DNA of 64,000 nt, taken from Gemmatimonadales bacterium (GTDB lineage: Bacteria > Gemmatimonadota > Gemmatimonadetes > Gemmatimonadales > GWC2-71-9). Below the pieces are notes generated by a model, which was given only the letters and a program-made list of their open reading frames with translations, made no database searches and was not told the DNA's origin. Shown here one piece after another: positions 46,179 through 55,260 of the stretch. How positions within the stretch are numbered: the stretch's first letter is position 1; each line of letters starts with the position of its first letter. A program made the translations under genes and the position numbers. The stretch lies in contig DATBGE010000082.1 in NCBI GenBank assembly GCA_036558125.1, forward strand, positions 5,781-69,780, read 5' to 3'.

Positions 46179-46276
46179 GCCGAATGCCGCGCGCTTCACC
46201 TGCGGGCGACGAGGGAACGAGTCAACAACGGATGGATTCCCTTAAGACTACAGCGCCCGACGGCGCGGCGTTGGGT
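46179..46276 (+). repeat. Conserved intergenic repeat, copy R4
   Basis: CGCCGAATGCCGCGCGCTTCACCTGCGGGCGACGAG-GGAAC-GAGTCAACAACGGATGG, ending near a GTTGGGT heptamer (46270-46276) that matches the GTTRRRY form. Confidence 0.8.
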
Positions 46277-46297
46277 ACGCCTCCTGGCGGTCAGTGG

Positions 46298-46678
46298 CTA
46301 AGGCCCCGCCCGATGTCTCAACAGGAGTCCGGTGGTGAACGGGATCAGCCAAATGCTCCACACGGCGACGCTGACTCGGGGAAAGGTCCGCCGGGCGTGT
46401 TCATTGCCGCGAAGCATTACTGCGCTGGCCGAGAGTGCATGCGCCAGCATAAGGAAAAGGGCGACCACGCCAGTGGCCGTGTGAAGGGACCAGTGAAAGC
46501 CGCCGGCCATGCGACGCATCAGTTCAGTCCCCGCGCTGTCGGCGAGGAAGCCTCCCCAGAAGCACCCCAAATGCCAGGGCCTGAGGCGCTTCGTGAGGAA
46601 GCTGGTCCAGACGCCCACGGAGTAGAGGCCGAGGGCTGCGACCATGAGCAAGACGGCTGTCCGGATCATTGGCGGCAT
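46298..46678 (-). CDS. Small 4-TM membrane protein (HsmA/TIGR03987-like)
   Basis: 126-aa hydrophobic ORF. The family call is from memory only. Confidence 0.55.
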   Translation of the reverse strand: MPPMIRTAVLLMVAALGLYSVGVWTSFLTKRLRPWHLGCFWGGFLADSAGTELMRRMAGGFHWSLHTATGVVALFLMLAHALSASAVMLRGNEHARRTFPRVSVAVWSIWLIPFTTGLLLRHRAGP

Positions 46679-46754
46679 TGTGATGCGGACCCGCGTAGAG
46701 ACATCTGATGAAGAACCTGGGCGCTACAACGATGGGCGCATGAACCTGCGGCCG

Positions 46755-47210
46755 TCACAGCCGATTCTGAATCAGGTAGTCAATGTGATCGACGCTGGGG
46801 TACGGCACTCCCGCGCGTGCGCAGAGCGCCGACAGCTGGCCGCGGTGATGATATCCATGGGTGACCAGATGGTAGAGAATATCAGCCACGCTCGCGTGGT
46901 ACTCCTCCCCCGATGCCCGGCGGAAGTGAATGACGTCGGGCAATCGGGAGGCGATGAGCTCACGGTAGGTAACCGCGTTCTCGGCGAAACCGCGGAGCAG
47001 CTCCTCCTTGGCCAGCTCTGGGAGGGTCGTAGTCGTGACCTGCCGTCCCGCGATGCGAGCGAACCAGATACGTTCGCCCTGCAGAATGTGCGCCAACAGC
47101 GTCCGCGCCCGGGCGTCCAGCGTTGGCTGACCGTAGACGACTTCTACCCACTTCGCGTTGGCCCAGTTGGCTTGGGCGACGAGCTTGAGAAGATCCTGCG
47201 CTGAGGTCAT
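46755..47210 (-). CDS. DinB-family (four-helix bundle, metal-binding) protein
   Basis: DinB-type histidines (LAHIL, HLVTHGYHHRGQL). Confidence 0.8.
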   Translation of the reverse strand: MTSAQDLLKLVAQANWANAKWVEVVYGQPTLDARARTLLAHILQGERIWFARIAGRQVTTTTLPELAKEELLRGFAENAVTYRELIASRLPDVIHFRRASGEEYHASVADILYHLVTHGYHHRGQLSALCARAGVPYPSVDHIDYLIQNRL

Positions 47211-47281
47211 GGTGCCGCCTCACGACCTGGTGTTCAGCGGCGGGCGCATACGGAGGCAAGCGGCCGCGTCGTCCAGCAACG

Positions 47282-47310
47282 ATCATGGGGGCGCGGCCTC
47301 GACTTGTCAA
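47282..47310 (-). promoter_or_regulatory. Candidate sigma-70-like promoter upstream of the DinB-family gene
   Basis: On the minus strand: TTGACA (47310-47305), 17-nt spacer, CATGAT (47287-47282). Confidence 0.35.
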
Positions 47311-47378
47311 AGCAACGAATTCTTGACGCGCGATGAGTTTTTGACCACCGCGGGCCTTCTGCGTGCAGCCGAGGTCCC

Positions 47379-50300
47379 TTACGCGTTGTTCAAGAACAGC
47401 CGCCCCGACGCAAACGAATACCGCGCCACCGCCGGTGCCCAGCGCTGCATCTCGGCGCAGGTGAACGTATCCTCGAGCTCGATCCTGAGGACGCGAAGAT
47501 CCTCGAACAGGGCCCGCCACTGGGCCCGGTCGCCCTCCTCCGTGTCCTCTTCCAGCTCGTGGGAAATCGGGGGCCGGTCGGTGCGGAATACCTTGGTCGA
47601 CCGGCGGGCGCCCGGCGGGTGGGCCAGCTCGGGCTCCGTTGTCGGAAAGACTTGCTTCTCGATATTGTCGATGAATTTCCACCAATCGAGTTTCGCAGCG
47701 GCGGAAGGCTCCAACCCCTCCACCAGCTGACGGATGATCTCGGTCGTCTGCGCCGGATAGCCGGTCAGCATGGCCAGCAGCAGCAACACCAGCCGGTGAT
47801 CCTCCAGGTTGGGATTGATCAGCCGGTCGCGATCGGCCCCCCGCACGGTCGCGCGGAGCAGGCGATACACGTTCACATACCGCTTGGTCGCCCGCGGAGA
47901 AGGGAGCAGGACGTACAGCCGTTTCATGTGGGTGCGCTCCCAGTCCTCCAGGCGCAGGTGTCCTCGCGCTTTGGCGACGGCCTGCTTCGCCTCCTTTGCT
48001 TCAGTCGTCATCTGGCTCGGCTTCTTCTCTCCAGGGGCCTCCTGGGCCGGGAGCTTCGCGGGCTCCCCGGTAGCCGTCCCGGTCTCGGTGGCGCTCACCG
48101 TCCCCTTCTGTCCATCCTGGGCTGGGGGAGGTAATGGAAGCGTCTCCCCGTGGGGAGGCGGCTGAGCCCCGGCTTTCGAGAGATCGTCGATCAGGTTGTC
48201 ATACCCCTTCCGGTCCATCCGGCGTAGCGCAAAGGGGATCTGGAAGATCTTCTCCAGATAGCTGAGGGGCGTGGATTGCCAGTGGTTGCGCTCCTCCTCG
48301 GTGGTCTCTTCCTCCTTCATGCTGTTGAACGCGGCGAGTTGCTGCCGAAGCGAGTGCAGCAGCCACCGAGAATCCACACCTACGACGACCACGAAGAGGG
48401 GAAACGCCAGCAGCAGGTGCACGGCCTGGAGGACCTGAAAGACCTTTCTCTCCGGGCAGCGGTCCAGGTCGTCGATGTACAGCACGATGCGGTTGATCGG
48501 GGGGAAGTTCATCGCCCGCTCGCCCTTGGCTTCGTCCGGCTTGTGATTCTCGACCAGTCCCATGAGCCGGGTCAGCTCCTCGAAATCCTGCCGGGCCCGG
48601 GCGATCACCCCGAAGTACTTCCGGTACTCGTCGCCCTTGTTCCGGCTCTGGATGAAGTCGCTGAGTCGCCGGTCTGGCATCAGCTTGTCAAGCTTTTCGT
48701 TCAGGTCGGCCACCTCGTTCGTTACGGCTTCCACCTCCTTGCGTTTCGCCACCGCAAGGTCTTCCGCTTCCTTTCGCTCCTGCTCCGCCTCGGCCACGCG
48801 CTGCTGTCGGGCAGCGTCGATCTTGGTCTTCAGGCTGTCCCGGGCATCGGCGACGACCTTGGCCGCGGACCTGGCCTTGGCGAGCACCGGGGCGATCCTG
48901 GCAACGATCGCGACGAGCGCACTGGTTACCGCGGCGATGTACGGACCGACCACCAGGAGCTTCGTGAGGATCCAGCTGCCGGCAACCAACCCGATCACCA
49001 GCACCACGACCGAGATGACCCAGAACCGGGCGCTGCCTTTGGCGGTGAGCGAGCTGATGACGCCCTTGCCGAAGGAGGCGAGCTCCAGCGTCTCCTTGAT
49101 CTGATCGTCCAGGTTCCCCGCCGCCTCACTGAGAGGGTCCAGGCCGAGTTGCTTTCGCCCTTGGTCGAGCTGTTCCTTGATCCCGGGCTGGCTGCTGACG
49201 AACCTGACGATCTCACTCGCTACCGCCTTGGTGCCCAGGCTCTTTTCGATCTCCGCATCGGTGCGGTTCTGGGTTTCATCGACCACGCGCTGCCGCTCGG
49301 CCAGCTCGCCCTCGGCCGCATCGGCGGCCTGCTTGGCTTCGGCCAGCTTGTTCTCGGCGACGGTCTTTTGAGCCAGGAGCAGGGTGCGCTGCTCCTGAGT
49401 TTCAGAAATGCCGCGTTTCCGGACTTCCTCGTCGGTCAGGCTCTGGGCCAGGCCATCAAAGATTTGCGCTCCGAGAGTGGCCCAGAGACTCTTGTCGATG
49501 TAGTGCCAGGCATTGAACCAGAGCTGCACGATGTGAGGACAGAACGGCGAGCTGTCGTTGCCGCGGGCCTCGTCACGCAGGGCATTGATCCGTTTTTCCA
49601 TCTCCTGCATGAAGAAGCTCTTCCCGCTGCCCCAGTCGCCGAACAGCCCGATCGAGAGTGGCGGCTTGACTTCCCGCGCAGCGACCAGCGCGCTCAGCGC
49701 GTCGACCTCGTCGTCGATGCTGAGCAGGTCCTTCCCGCCGGCCACGTCATTGCTGCAGCCGGCGATCATGCCCTCGTCCACCTCGGGGATCGTCCGGTCG
49801 CCGAGGTCGATTTCCTCCTTCCGAATCCCCCGGTCGAGCAGCGCCTTGATGACATGGCAGTGCTCGATGGAGAGAGCGCCGTAGAGCAGGTGCCGGCTCT
49901 GGATCTGCACCGACTTCTTCTCATCGGCGATCGCTTGCGCGGCCTCGATCGCGATCTGGGCGTGACCGGACATGCCGGGCAACTCGGTGAGCTCGGTGGG
50001 CGTGTAGCTGCCCTGCCGGGGCAGCGCGGCCTCAACCGACTCCCCCAACACCGTCCGCAGTTCGTCCTCGTTATCGATCCCGGCCTCCTTGAACAATTTT
50101 TCGGCCGGGCCATCCTGTTTCAGAAACAGCCCCATGATGAGCTGTTCCATATGGACCCGGTCGCTGGGAGTGCTCTTCATCCCGTCGGCCACGCCAAGCG
50201 CGCCGCGTGAAGAGGGGCTCAGGCGGCGGAAGAAGGTGACCGGATCGAACGGTCGTTCGGATCCGCTGGTGCGGGGCGCGGCGGCCTTGGACTGCTGGAC

Positions 50301-50576
50301 CGCATTCGGAATGTTTTCGTTGGTCGGATTTCCGGCATTGCGGTCCGGTTGGTCGGCTGACCTGGCGAGGGCGTCCAACGTGGCCGCATCTACCCGGCCC
50401 GTGACCTCCAGTCCCCGCTGTTCCTGAAAGCGTCGTACCGATTGTTCGGTGGCGGCTCCGAACAAACCATCCACCGTGACCTTCATGCCGACCGTTTGGA
50501 GGAGCTCCTGAATCTTGCGGACTTCCGGTCCCTGATCGCCTCGGCCTGCGTCGCGTGCTGAACTCGGCTGCTGCAT
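47379..50576 (-). CDS. KAP-family P-loop NTPase with N-terminal peptidoglycan-binding-like and Clp_N-like domains
   Basis: Walker A LFGDWGSGKSF and Walker B VLYIDDLDRC are separated by an insert with two long hydrophobic helices (FWVISVVVLVIGLVAGSWILTKLLVVGPYIAAVTSALVAIVARIAPVL), which is the KAP hallmark. The N-terminus GPEVRKIQELLQTVGMKVTVDGLFGAATEQSVRRFQ resembles a PG_binding_1 repeat. Residues ~170-290 resemble Clp_N repeats. Confidence 0.85.
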   Translation of the reverse strand: MQQPSSARDAGRGDQGPEVRKIQELLQTVGMKVTVDGLFGAATEQSVRRFQEQRGLEVTGRVDAATLDALARSADQPDRNAGNPTNENIPNAVQQSKAAAPRTSGSERPFDPVTFFRRLSPSSRGALGVADGMKSTPSDRVHMEQLIMGLFLKQDGPAEKLFKEAGIDNEDELRTVLGESVEAALPRQGSYTPTELTELPGMSGHAQIAIEAAQAIADEKKSVQIQSRHLLYGALSIEHCHVIKALLDRGIRKEEIDLGDRTIPEVDEGMIAGCSNDVAGGKDLLSIDDEVDALSALVAAREVKPPLSIGLFGDWGSGKSFFMQEMEKRINALRDEARGNDSSPFCPHIVQLWFNAWHYIDKSLWATLGAQIFDGLAQSLTDEEVRKRGISETQEQRTLLLAQKTVAENKLAEAKQAADAAEGELAERQRVVDETQNRTDAEIEKSLGTKAVASEIVRFVSSQPGIKEQLDQGRKQLGLDPLSEAAGNLDDQIKETLELASFGKGVISSLTAKGSARFWVISVVVLVIGLVAGSWILTKLLVVGPYIAAVTSALVAIVARIAPVLAKARSAAKVVADARDSLKTKIDAARQQRVAEAEQERKEAEDLAVAKRKEVEAVTNEVADLNEKLDKLMPDRRLSDFIQSRNKGDEYRKYFGVIARARQDFEELTRLMGLVENHKPDEAKGERAMNFPPINRIVLYIDDLDRCPERKVFQVLQAVHLLLAFPLFVVVVGVDSRWLLHSLRQQLAAFNSMKEEETTEEERNHWQSTPLSYLEKIFQIPFALRRMDRKGYDNLIDDLSKAGAQPPPHGETLPLPPPAQDGQKGTVSATETGTATGEPAKLPAQEAPGEKKPSQMTTEAKEAKQAVAKARGHLRLEDWERTHMKRLYVLLPSPRATKRYVNVYRLLRATVRGADRDRLINPNLEDHRLVLLLLAMLTGYPAQTTEIIRQLVEGLEPSAAAKLDWWKFIDNIEKQVFPTTEPELAHPPGARRSTKVFRTDRPPISHELEEDTEEGDRAQWRALFEDLRVLRIELEDTFTCAEMQRWAPAVARYSFASGRLFLNNA

Positions 50577-51297
50577 AACGCCTCTGTCACGTTCCTTAGT
50601 TGATCACGACAAATTCCTTTCCTGTTTATCTCTGGGATCGAGTCTGGATACCCTGGTGACCCCGCTGCGCACGGAGGCGATCGCGCAGTTCGGGATAGAG
50701 AGGACTGAAGACCCGCCCCAACCCGCGTATGCCGCAAATGACTGCGAGCACTGGTCCCGCCCGGAACCCGACACTGCTCCCGCCCATCATGTTGGTCTGT
50801 GAGAATTGAATCGCGTGCGTGCACAATATGCCGCGTGCAACACGCGAGCACCATGTAGATGAAGATCTAGATCCAAGCAGACGAACCTCCGTCATCCTGC
50901 GAACCGGATCAATATTCCAACTCCTCGTCCGTCAGTATCATCGAATGGCGTGCCAATATTATCGATGAACTGTCGTGGGTTCGCGGCCCCGGCCGCGAGT
51001 CCCCAGCAGCTCCTGACCCGCTATCTTGCAACAATTCGACACGGGACGGCGAGGTGGATCCCCAGCTAAGTTGCTTTGCGCTGGGTTTGCTTTCGGAGCC
51101 GCCATAGTCGGAGCCATCGGCACCCATGGCTTCGCCGCTGCCTGGGGAAGAACTCGCCGGCGGCCCCAGCTCCTTCTCCGACAATTCGGAGCTGTACCCG
51201 ACAGGCCAATTCTCTGCAGCCACCGGCTGGCTTGGACGTCGGGGCAGCGCGCTGGTGAGGAGTGTGGCCCAGGACTTTCTTCCAAACGGCACGACGG

Positions 51298-52749
51298 ATG
51301 AAATCAAGCTTTCGACGGTTAGTCCAGACATTGCGGGGGGAAGAAGCCCTCACCCGTCCACCGCGGCTCGCCGACGAGAGTCGTTGGTACACCGAGCACA
51401 CAGCCCTCCTCATCAGCACCCTCAAGTGGGCCTTCCTTGGTGCGGCGGCCGGCTTGTGCGTTGGTTTCGGGACCCGGGGTTTCCTCTGGTCACTGAGCGC
51501 ATCGAGCAGTCTGGTCCATCGCCTTACCGGTCCGTTGCCCGGCTTCTTGCCGCTCCCGCTGGCTCTGCCACTCTGCGTCTGGCTCATTCGCCGCTTTGCC
51601 CCCGACGCTCAGGGTCATGGAACCGAGGCGGTCATCGCCGCAGTGCATCAGCGATCCGGCCGGATCGACTGGCTCATCGCCCCGGTAAAGCTCGGTGCCA
51701 CCGTCCTCACGCTCGCCTTCGGCGGTTCGGTTGGCAAGGAGGGTCCGGCCGCGCAGATCGGCGCCGCTCTAACGAGCCTCTTCGCCGACATTTTCCGCCT
51801 GAGCGATGAAGACCGTCGTCGCCTCGTGATCTGCGGGATCAGTGCGGGGTTTGCCGCGGTGTTCGGCACCCCGATCTCCGGCGCGCTGTTCGGCATCGAG
51901 GTCCTATACCTCGGGCGTATCGACTATACGGTCATCTTCCCCGCTATGGTGGCCGGCATCGTCGGGCATTTGGCGTGTGGTGTCCAACCTCCGTTTCCAG
52001 TACTCACCGAGCCTTTCGCTGGTCTCGGTCAAGTATCGACCATTGCGATATCGCTGGGCTCGGGGGCAGTGTTTGGCCTGGTCGCGCTCCTCCTCATCGA
52101 ATTCATGAGGGGGCTTGAGAAGGCGCTTCGCCGGTTTGCCGACCGTCCCTACCTCGTTGCAGGATGTGGCGGGGTCGTCCTGGTGGCATTCTACGCTCTG
52201 GTGGGAGATCGCTATGCGGGCCTGGGCACAGAGACCATCGCCGGGGTCTTATCCGGCACGACGACGGTGGTCTGGGCGGCATTCCTCTGGAAGATCATTG
52301 CGACCTCGGTGACGCTCGAGACCGGCGGCAGCGGGGGCATCGTGACCCCCATCTTTTTCATCGGAGCCACCAGCGGCGCGGCGATGGCCCACCTCATTGG
52401 TCTCCCCCAGGGCGTGCTCGCCGCCTTTGGCTTCGTCGCCGTTCTGGCAGCGGCGGCCAATACCCCGATTGCGGCAGCCGTCATGGCCATTGAACTGCTC
52501 CCCGCGACCACCGGCGTGTACGCCGCACTGGCTGCGGCCACGGCGTTCCTGATGGTCGGCCATCGAAGTGTCTATGCCAGCCAGAAGATTGGGTTCTCCA
52601 AGTCCGCTGCGCTCGAAATGGAGCTGGGCGGCGCAATCGGGGATCTGGACTTGGCCACCCTCCGCATTCGAAAGGGCAGTCTCACGGAGCGCTTCGGCCA
52701 GCTGGGCCGATCCAGCACCGCGAAGAACGACCCGCCCAAGGATCAGTAG
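51298..52749 (+). CDS. ClC-family voltage-gated chloride channel/antiporter
   Basis: Selectivity motifs GSVGKEGP and GTPISGALFGIEVL in a polytopic protein. The start is taken at ATG 51298. Confidence 0.85.
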   Translation: MKSSFRRLVQTLRGEEALTRPPRLADESRWYTEHTALLISTLKWAFLGAAAGLCVGFGTRGFLWSLSASSSLVHRLTGPLPGFLPLPLALPLCVWLIRRFAPDAQGHGTEAVIAAVHQRSGRIDWLIAPVKLGATVLTLAFGGSVGKEGPAAQIGAALTSLFADIFRLSDEDRRRLVICGISAGFAAVFGTPISGALFGIEVLYLGRIDYTVIFPAMVAGIVGHLACGVQPPFPVLTEPFAGLGQVSTIAISLGSGAVFGLVALLLIEFMRGLEKALRRFADRPYLVAGCGGVVLVAFYALVGDRYAGLGTETIAGVLSGTTTVVWAAFLWKIIATSVTLETGGSGGIVTPIFFIGATSGAAMAHLIGLPQGVLAAFGFVAVLAAAANTPIAAAVMAIELLPATTGVYAALAAATAFLMVGHRSVYASQKIGFSKSAALEMELGGAIGDLDLATLRIRKGSLTERFGQLGRSSTAKNDPPKDQ

Positions 52750-52841
52750 GACGAGTTTGGGTACGACGCTAATCAAATGCTGGCTGATCGGCGAGTGCGC
52801 TTGCCTGCGGAAATCGGTGCAGTGGAAGCCAGTGTTCGACC

Positions 52842-54038
52842 ATGGGGGCTTGCGTGCGGATCCTCATTAATGGTGTGGGCATCGCTGGGCCGACGCTCGC
52901 GTATTGGCTCCGACGGGACAACCATGAGGTCATGCTCGTCGAGGAAGCGCAACAGCTCCGCAACGGCGGTTACATCATCGACTTTTGGGGGTTCGGTTAC
53001 GACATCGCGGAGAAAATGGGCCTGATCCCTCAAATCAGAGAGCTGGGGTACCAGGTGCGGGAAGTCCGCTTGGTGGACCGGCTGGGTGGCAAGAGAGGCG
53101 GTTTCTCGGTCGACGTTTTCAGCCGCCTGACTCATGGTCGTTTCACCAGTCTGCGGCGGTCCGACCTTGCCGCCGCCATCCACCAGGCACTGGACGGTCA
53201 AGTCGAGACGATCTTTGGCGATTCCGTGGCGGGGGTCGAGACCGAAGGGCACCGGGTGCTGGTCACCTTCGATCGCGCCCCCTCACGTGAGGTCGATCTG
53301 GTCATTGGCGCCGACGGGCTGCACTCGCGCCTCCGCCAACTGGCATTCGGGCCGGAGGCGGAGTTTGAAGTCTCCCTTGGTTATCACGTCGCTGCGTTCG
53401 AGGTCCTCGGGTATCGCCCGCGTGACGATTTGGTCTACATCAGCCACGGCGTCCCGGGAAGACAGGTTTCACGATTTTCCATGCGGCAGGACAAGACGCT
53501 CTTCCTCTTCGTATTTCGCGACGAGTATCTGCCGTCCGGGAGTCTCTCAACTGAGCAAGAACGCAAAGCGGCGCTGGCAAGGGCCTTTGGCGACGTGGGC
53601 TGGGAATGCCCGCAGATTCTCGCGGCAATGGAGACCGTCAGCGGAATCTATTTCGACCGAGTCAGCCAGATTCGCATGGATCGCTGGTTCAGCGGCCGCA
53701 CGGCGCTAATCGGTGATGCCGCCGCTTGCGTTTCCCTCCTTGCAGGCGAGGGCACCGGACTCGCCATGGCGGAAGCCTACGTGCTCGCCGGGGAGCTTCG
53801 CGTTTGCCGGGGCGATCACAGCGCAGCCTTCGCGCGCTATCAAGAGCGCATGGCGCCGCTACTGGAACGCAAGCAGCGCGCGGCCGCGAAGTTCGCCTCC
53901 TCTTTTGCCCCGGAAACTACCTTGGGCATAACCGTCCGCAACCTCGTTACCGGGCTCTTCCGGCTCCCGTTCGTTGCGGATTTCTTCATCGGCCGCGACC
54001 TGCGGGATGTCTTCGCGCTGCCTGACTACGGATTCTGA
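52842..54038 (+). CDS. FAD-dependent monooxygenase
   Basis: Dinucleotide motif ILINGVGIAGPTLAYWL, a DLVIGADGLHS block and a GDAA motif. Confidence 0.85.
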   Translation: MGACVRILINGVGIAGPTLAYWLRRDNHEVMLVEEAQQLRNGGYIIDFWGFGYDIAEKMGLIPQIRELGYQVREVRLVDRLGGKRGGFSVDVFSRLTHGRFTSLRRSDLAAAIHQALDGQVETIFGDSVAGVETEGHRVLVTFDRAPSREVDLVIGADGLHSRLRQLAFGPEAEFEVSLGYHVAAFEVLGYRPRDDLVYISHGVPGRQVSRFSMRQDKTLFLFVFRDEYLPSGSLSTEQERKAALARAFGDVGWECPQILAAMETVSGIYFDRVSQIRMDRWFSGRTALIGDAAACVSLLAGEGTGLAMAEAYVLAGELRVCRGDHSAAFARYQERMAPLLERKQRAAAKFASSFAPETTLGITVRNLVTGLFRLPFVADFFIGRDLRDVFALPDYGF

Positions 54039-54054
54039 AAGATCCGATGAGTCA

Positions 54055-54066
54055 TTTGATATCAAA
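54055..54066. promoter_or_regulatory. Perfect 12-bp palindrome TTTGATATCAAA upstream of marR
   Basis: AT-rich palindrome in GC-rich DNA, about 150 nt upstream of the marR-family ATG. A near-identical copy lies at 55261-55272. Confidence 0.45.
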
Positions 54067-54214
54067 CTAGGTGGCGAAGAAGGATTTCAAGACCCGGGAA
54101 CCCGACCGGCTCCACCGCGCCGGTCACAGAAGCACCGCCCCGGCAGCCGATTGACGGGGGGGAAGGAGGAGCTAGTTTGCCGCCAATCCATCGGTCATCC
54201 AACCGAGCCTCGTC

Positions 54215-54733
54215 ATGCCTGCCACCCGCCGCGGTACGCCTCGTCGCCCCCATCCCGTCCGCCATCCCCCGCCATCCGCGACCACCCGAAGTATTGTGAA
54301 CGGCCTCCGCCGGATTGTCCGGGCCATCGAACTCTATTCGCAGGACGTGCTCCGGAGTTTCGGGCTTACCGGGCCCCAGCTCTGGGCGATCAAGACTCTG
54401 CAGCGGGAAGGGCCCCTGGCGGCCACGACGCTGGCCGACGCCTTGGCGGTGCAGCCGAGTACGTTGTCGATTCTGGTGGATCGGTTGGAGCGTCGGGGAC
54501 TGGTCCGACGGATTCGCTCGCGGGAGGATCGCCGGTTCGTGGAGCTCGGCTTGACACCGAAGGGAGAGGAACTGGCCGGCAGGGCGCCGGAGGCGGCCCA
54601 AGGGCGTCTGCTGCACGGCTTGGGCACACTGTCGGCCCCGAAACAGCGAGCCATCCTCAAGGCGGTGACGGCATTGGTCCAAATGATGGAAGCGAGCGAC
54701 GTGGAGGTCCGATACTTCTTCTCCGACGATTAA
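54215..54733 (+). CDS. MarR-family transcriptional regulator
   Basis: Winged-helix block LTGPQLWAIKTLQREGPLAATTLADALAVQPSTLSILVDRLERRGLVRR. Confidence 0.85.
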   Translation: MPATRRGTPRRPHPVRHPPPSATTRSIVNGLRRIVRAIELYSQDVLRSFGLTGPQLWAIKTLQREGPLAATTLADALAVQPSTLSILVDRLERRGLVRRIRSREDRRFVELGLTPKGEELAGRAPEAAQGRLLHGLGTLSAPKQRAILKAVTALVQMMEASDVEVRYFFSDD

Positions 54734-55260
54734 CGGGCCTGCCCCGGCACACTGGGCCGCGGAGCGCTGAAACGCTGCTCGCAATCGGGGCAGACGGTGT
54801 GTCGGAAGTCCGCCGAGGTCACCATCGAGACCACCCGTTCGAATCGAACCCATCGGCCGGCGTTCTTTACTCGGCCGCATCCTCCGCAGACAGCCAGAGT
54901 GGGGTTTAGGGCATGGGCTCTCCGCTGTCGCAGATAGCGGACGCCGGTTGCCACCGACAAGAAGACCGCCACACTCAGCGCGAAATTGGCCATTTCCGGC
55001 AGCACCAACCAAGGTGACTCGGAGTCCGCGACCAGCCAGAGTCGACTCAACGCTGCCAAAAGACCGAACGCAACCGCAGCGCTCCATCCCCAGCGGTAGG
55101 CGACCACCGCAACAGGCAGGACGAACAGGATGGATACGCGGATGTACGGCCCGGTGACCCGATCGAGGGTCATGAGCAGAATCGACAGGATCAGCACGAC
55201 GGACGTCCACGCCAGCGCGTCGCGCGCCTTGATACCGGACCGGAGCCGTCTCGCAAACAT
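54730..55260 (-). CDS. Membrane protein (DUF4118-like 4-TM domain) with C-terminal Cys4-type zinc-ribbon module
   Basis: Four hydrophobic helices, followed by CGGCGRVKNAGRWVRFE...FRHTVCPDCEQRF. Confidence 0.6.
   Translation of the reverse strand: MFARRLRSGIKARDALAWTSVVLILSILLMTLDRVTGPYIRVSILFVLPVAVVAYRWGWSAAVAFGLLAALSRLWLVADSESPWLVLPEMANFALSVAVFLSVATGVRYLRQRRAHALNPTLAVCGGCGRVKNAGRWVRFERVVSMVTSADFRHTVCPDCEQRFSAPRPSVPGQAR

Noticed and set aside
50909-51331. 140-aa minus-strand ORF upstream of the KAP NTPase gene, a possible partner gene.
   Set aside because: The translation is Ser/Gly/Pro-rich and disordered-looking. Third-position GC in a sampled stretch showed no frame preference. Its 5' end overlaps the ClC channel gene start region. 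It is kept only as a remote possibility.
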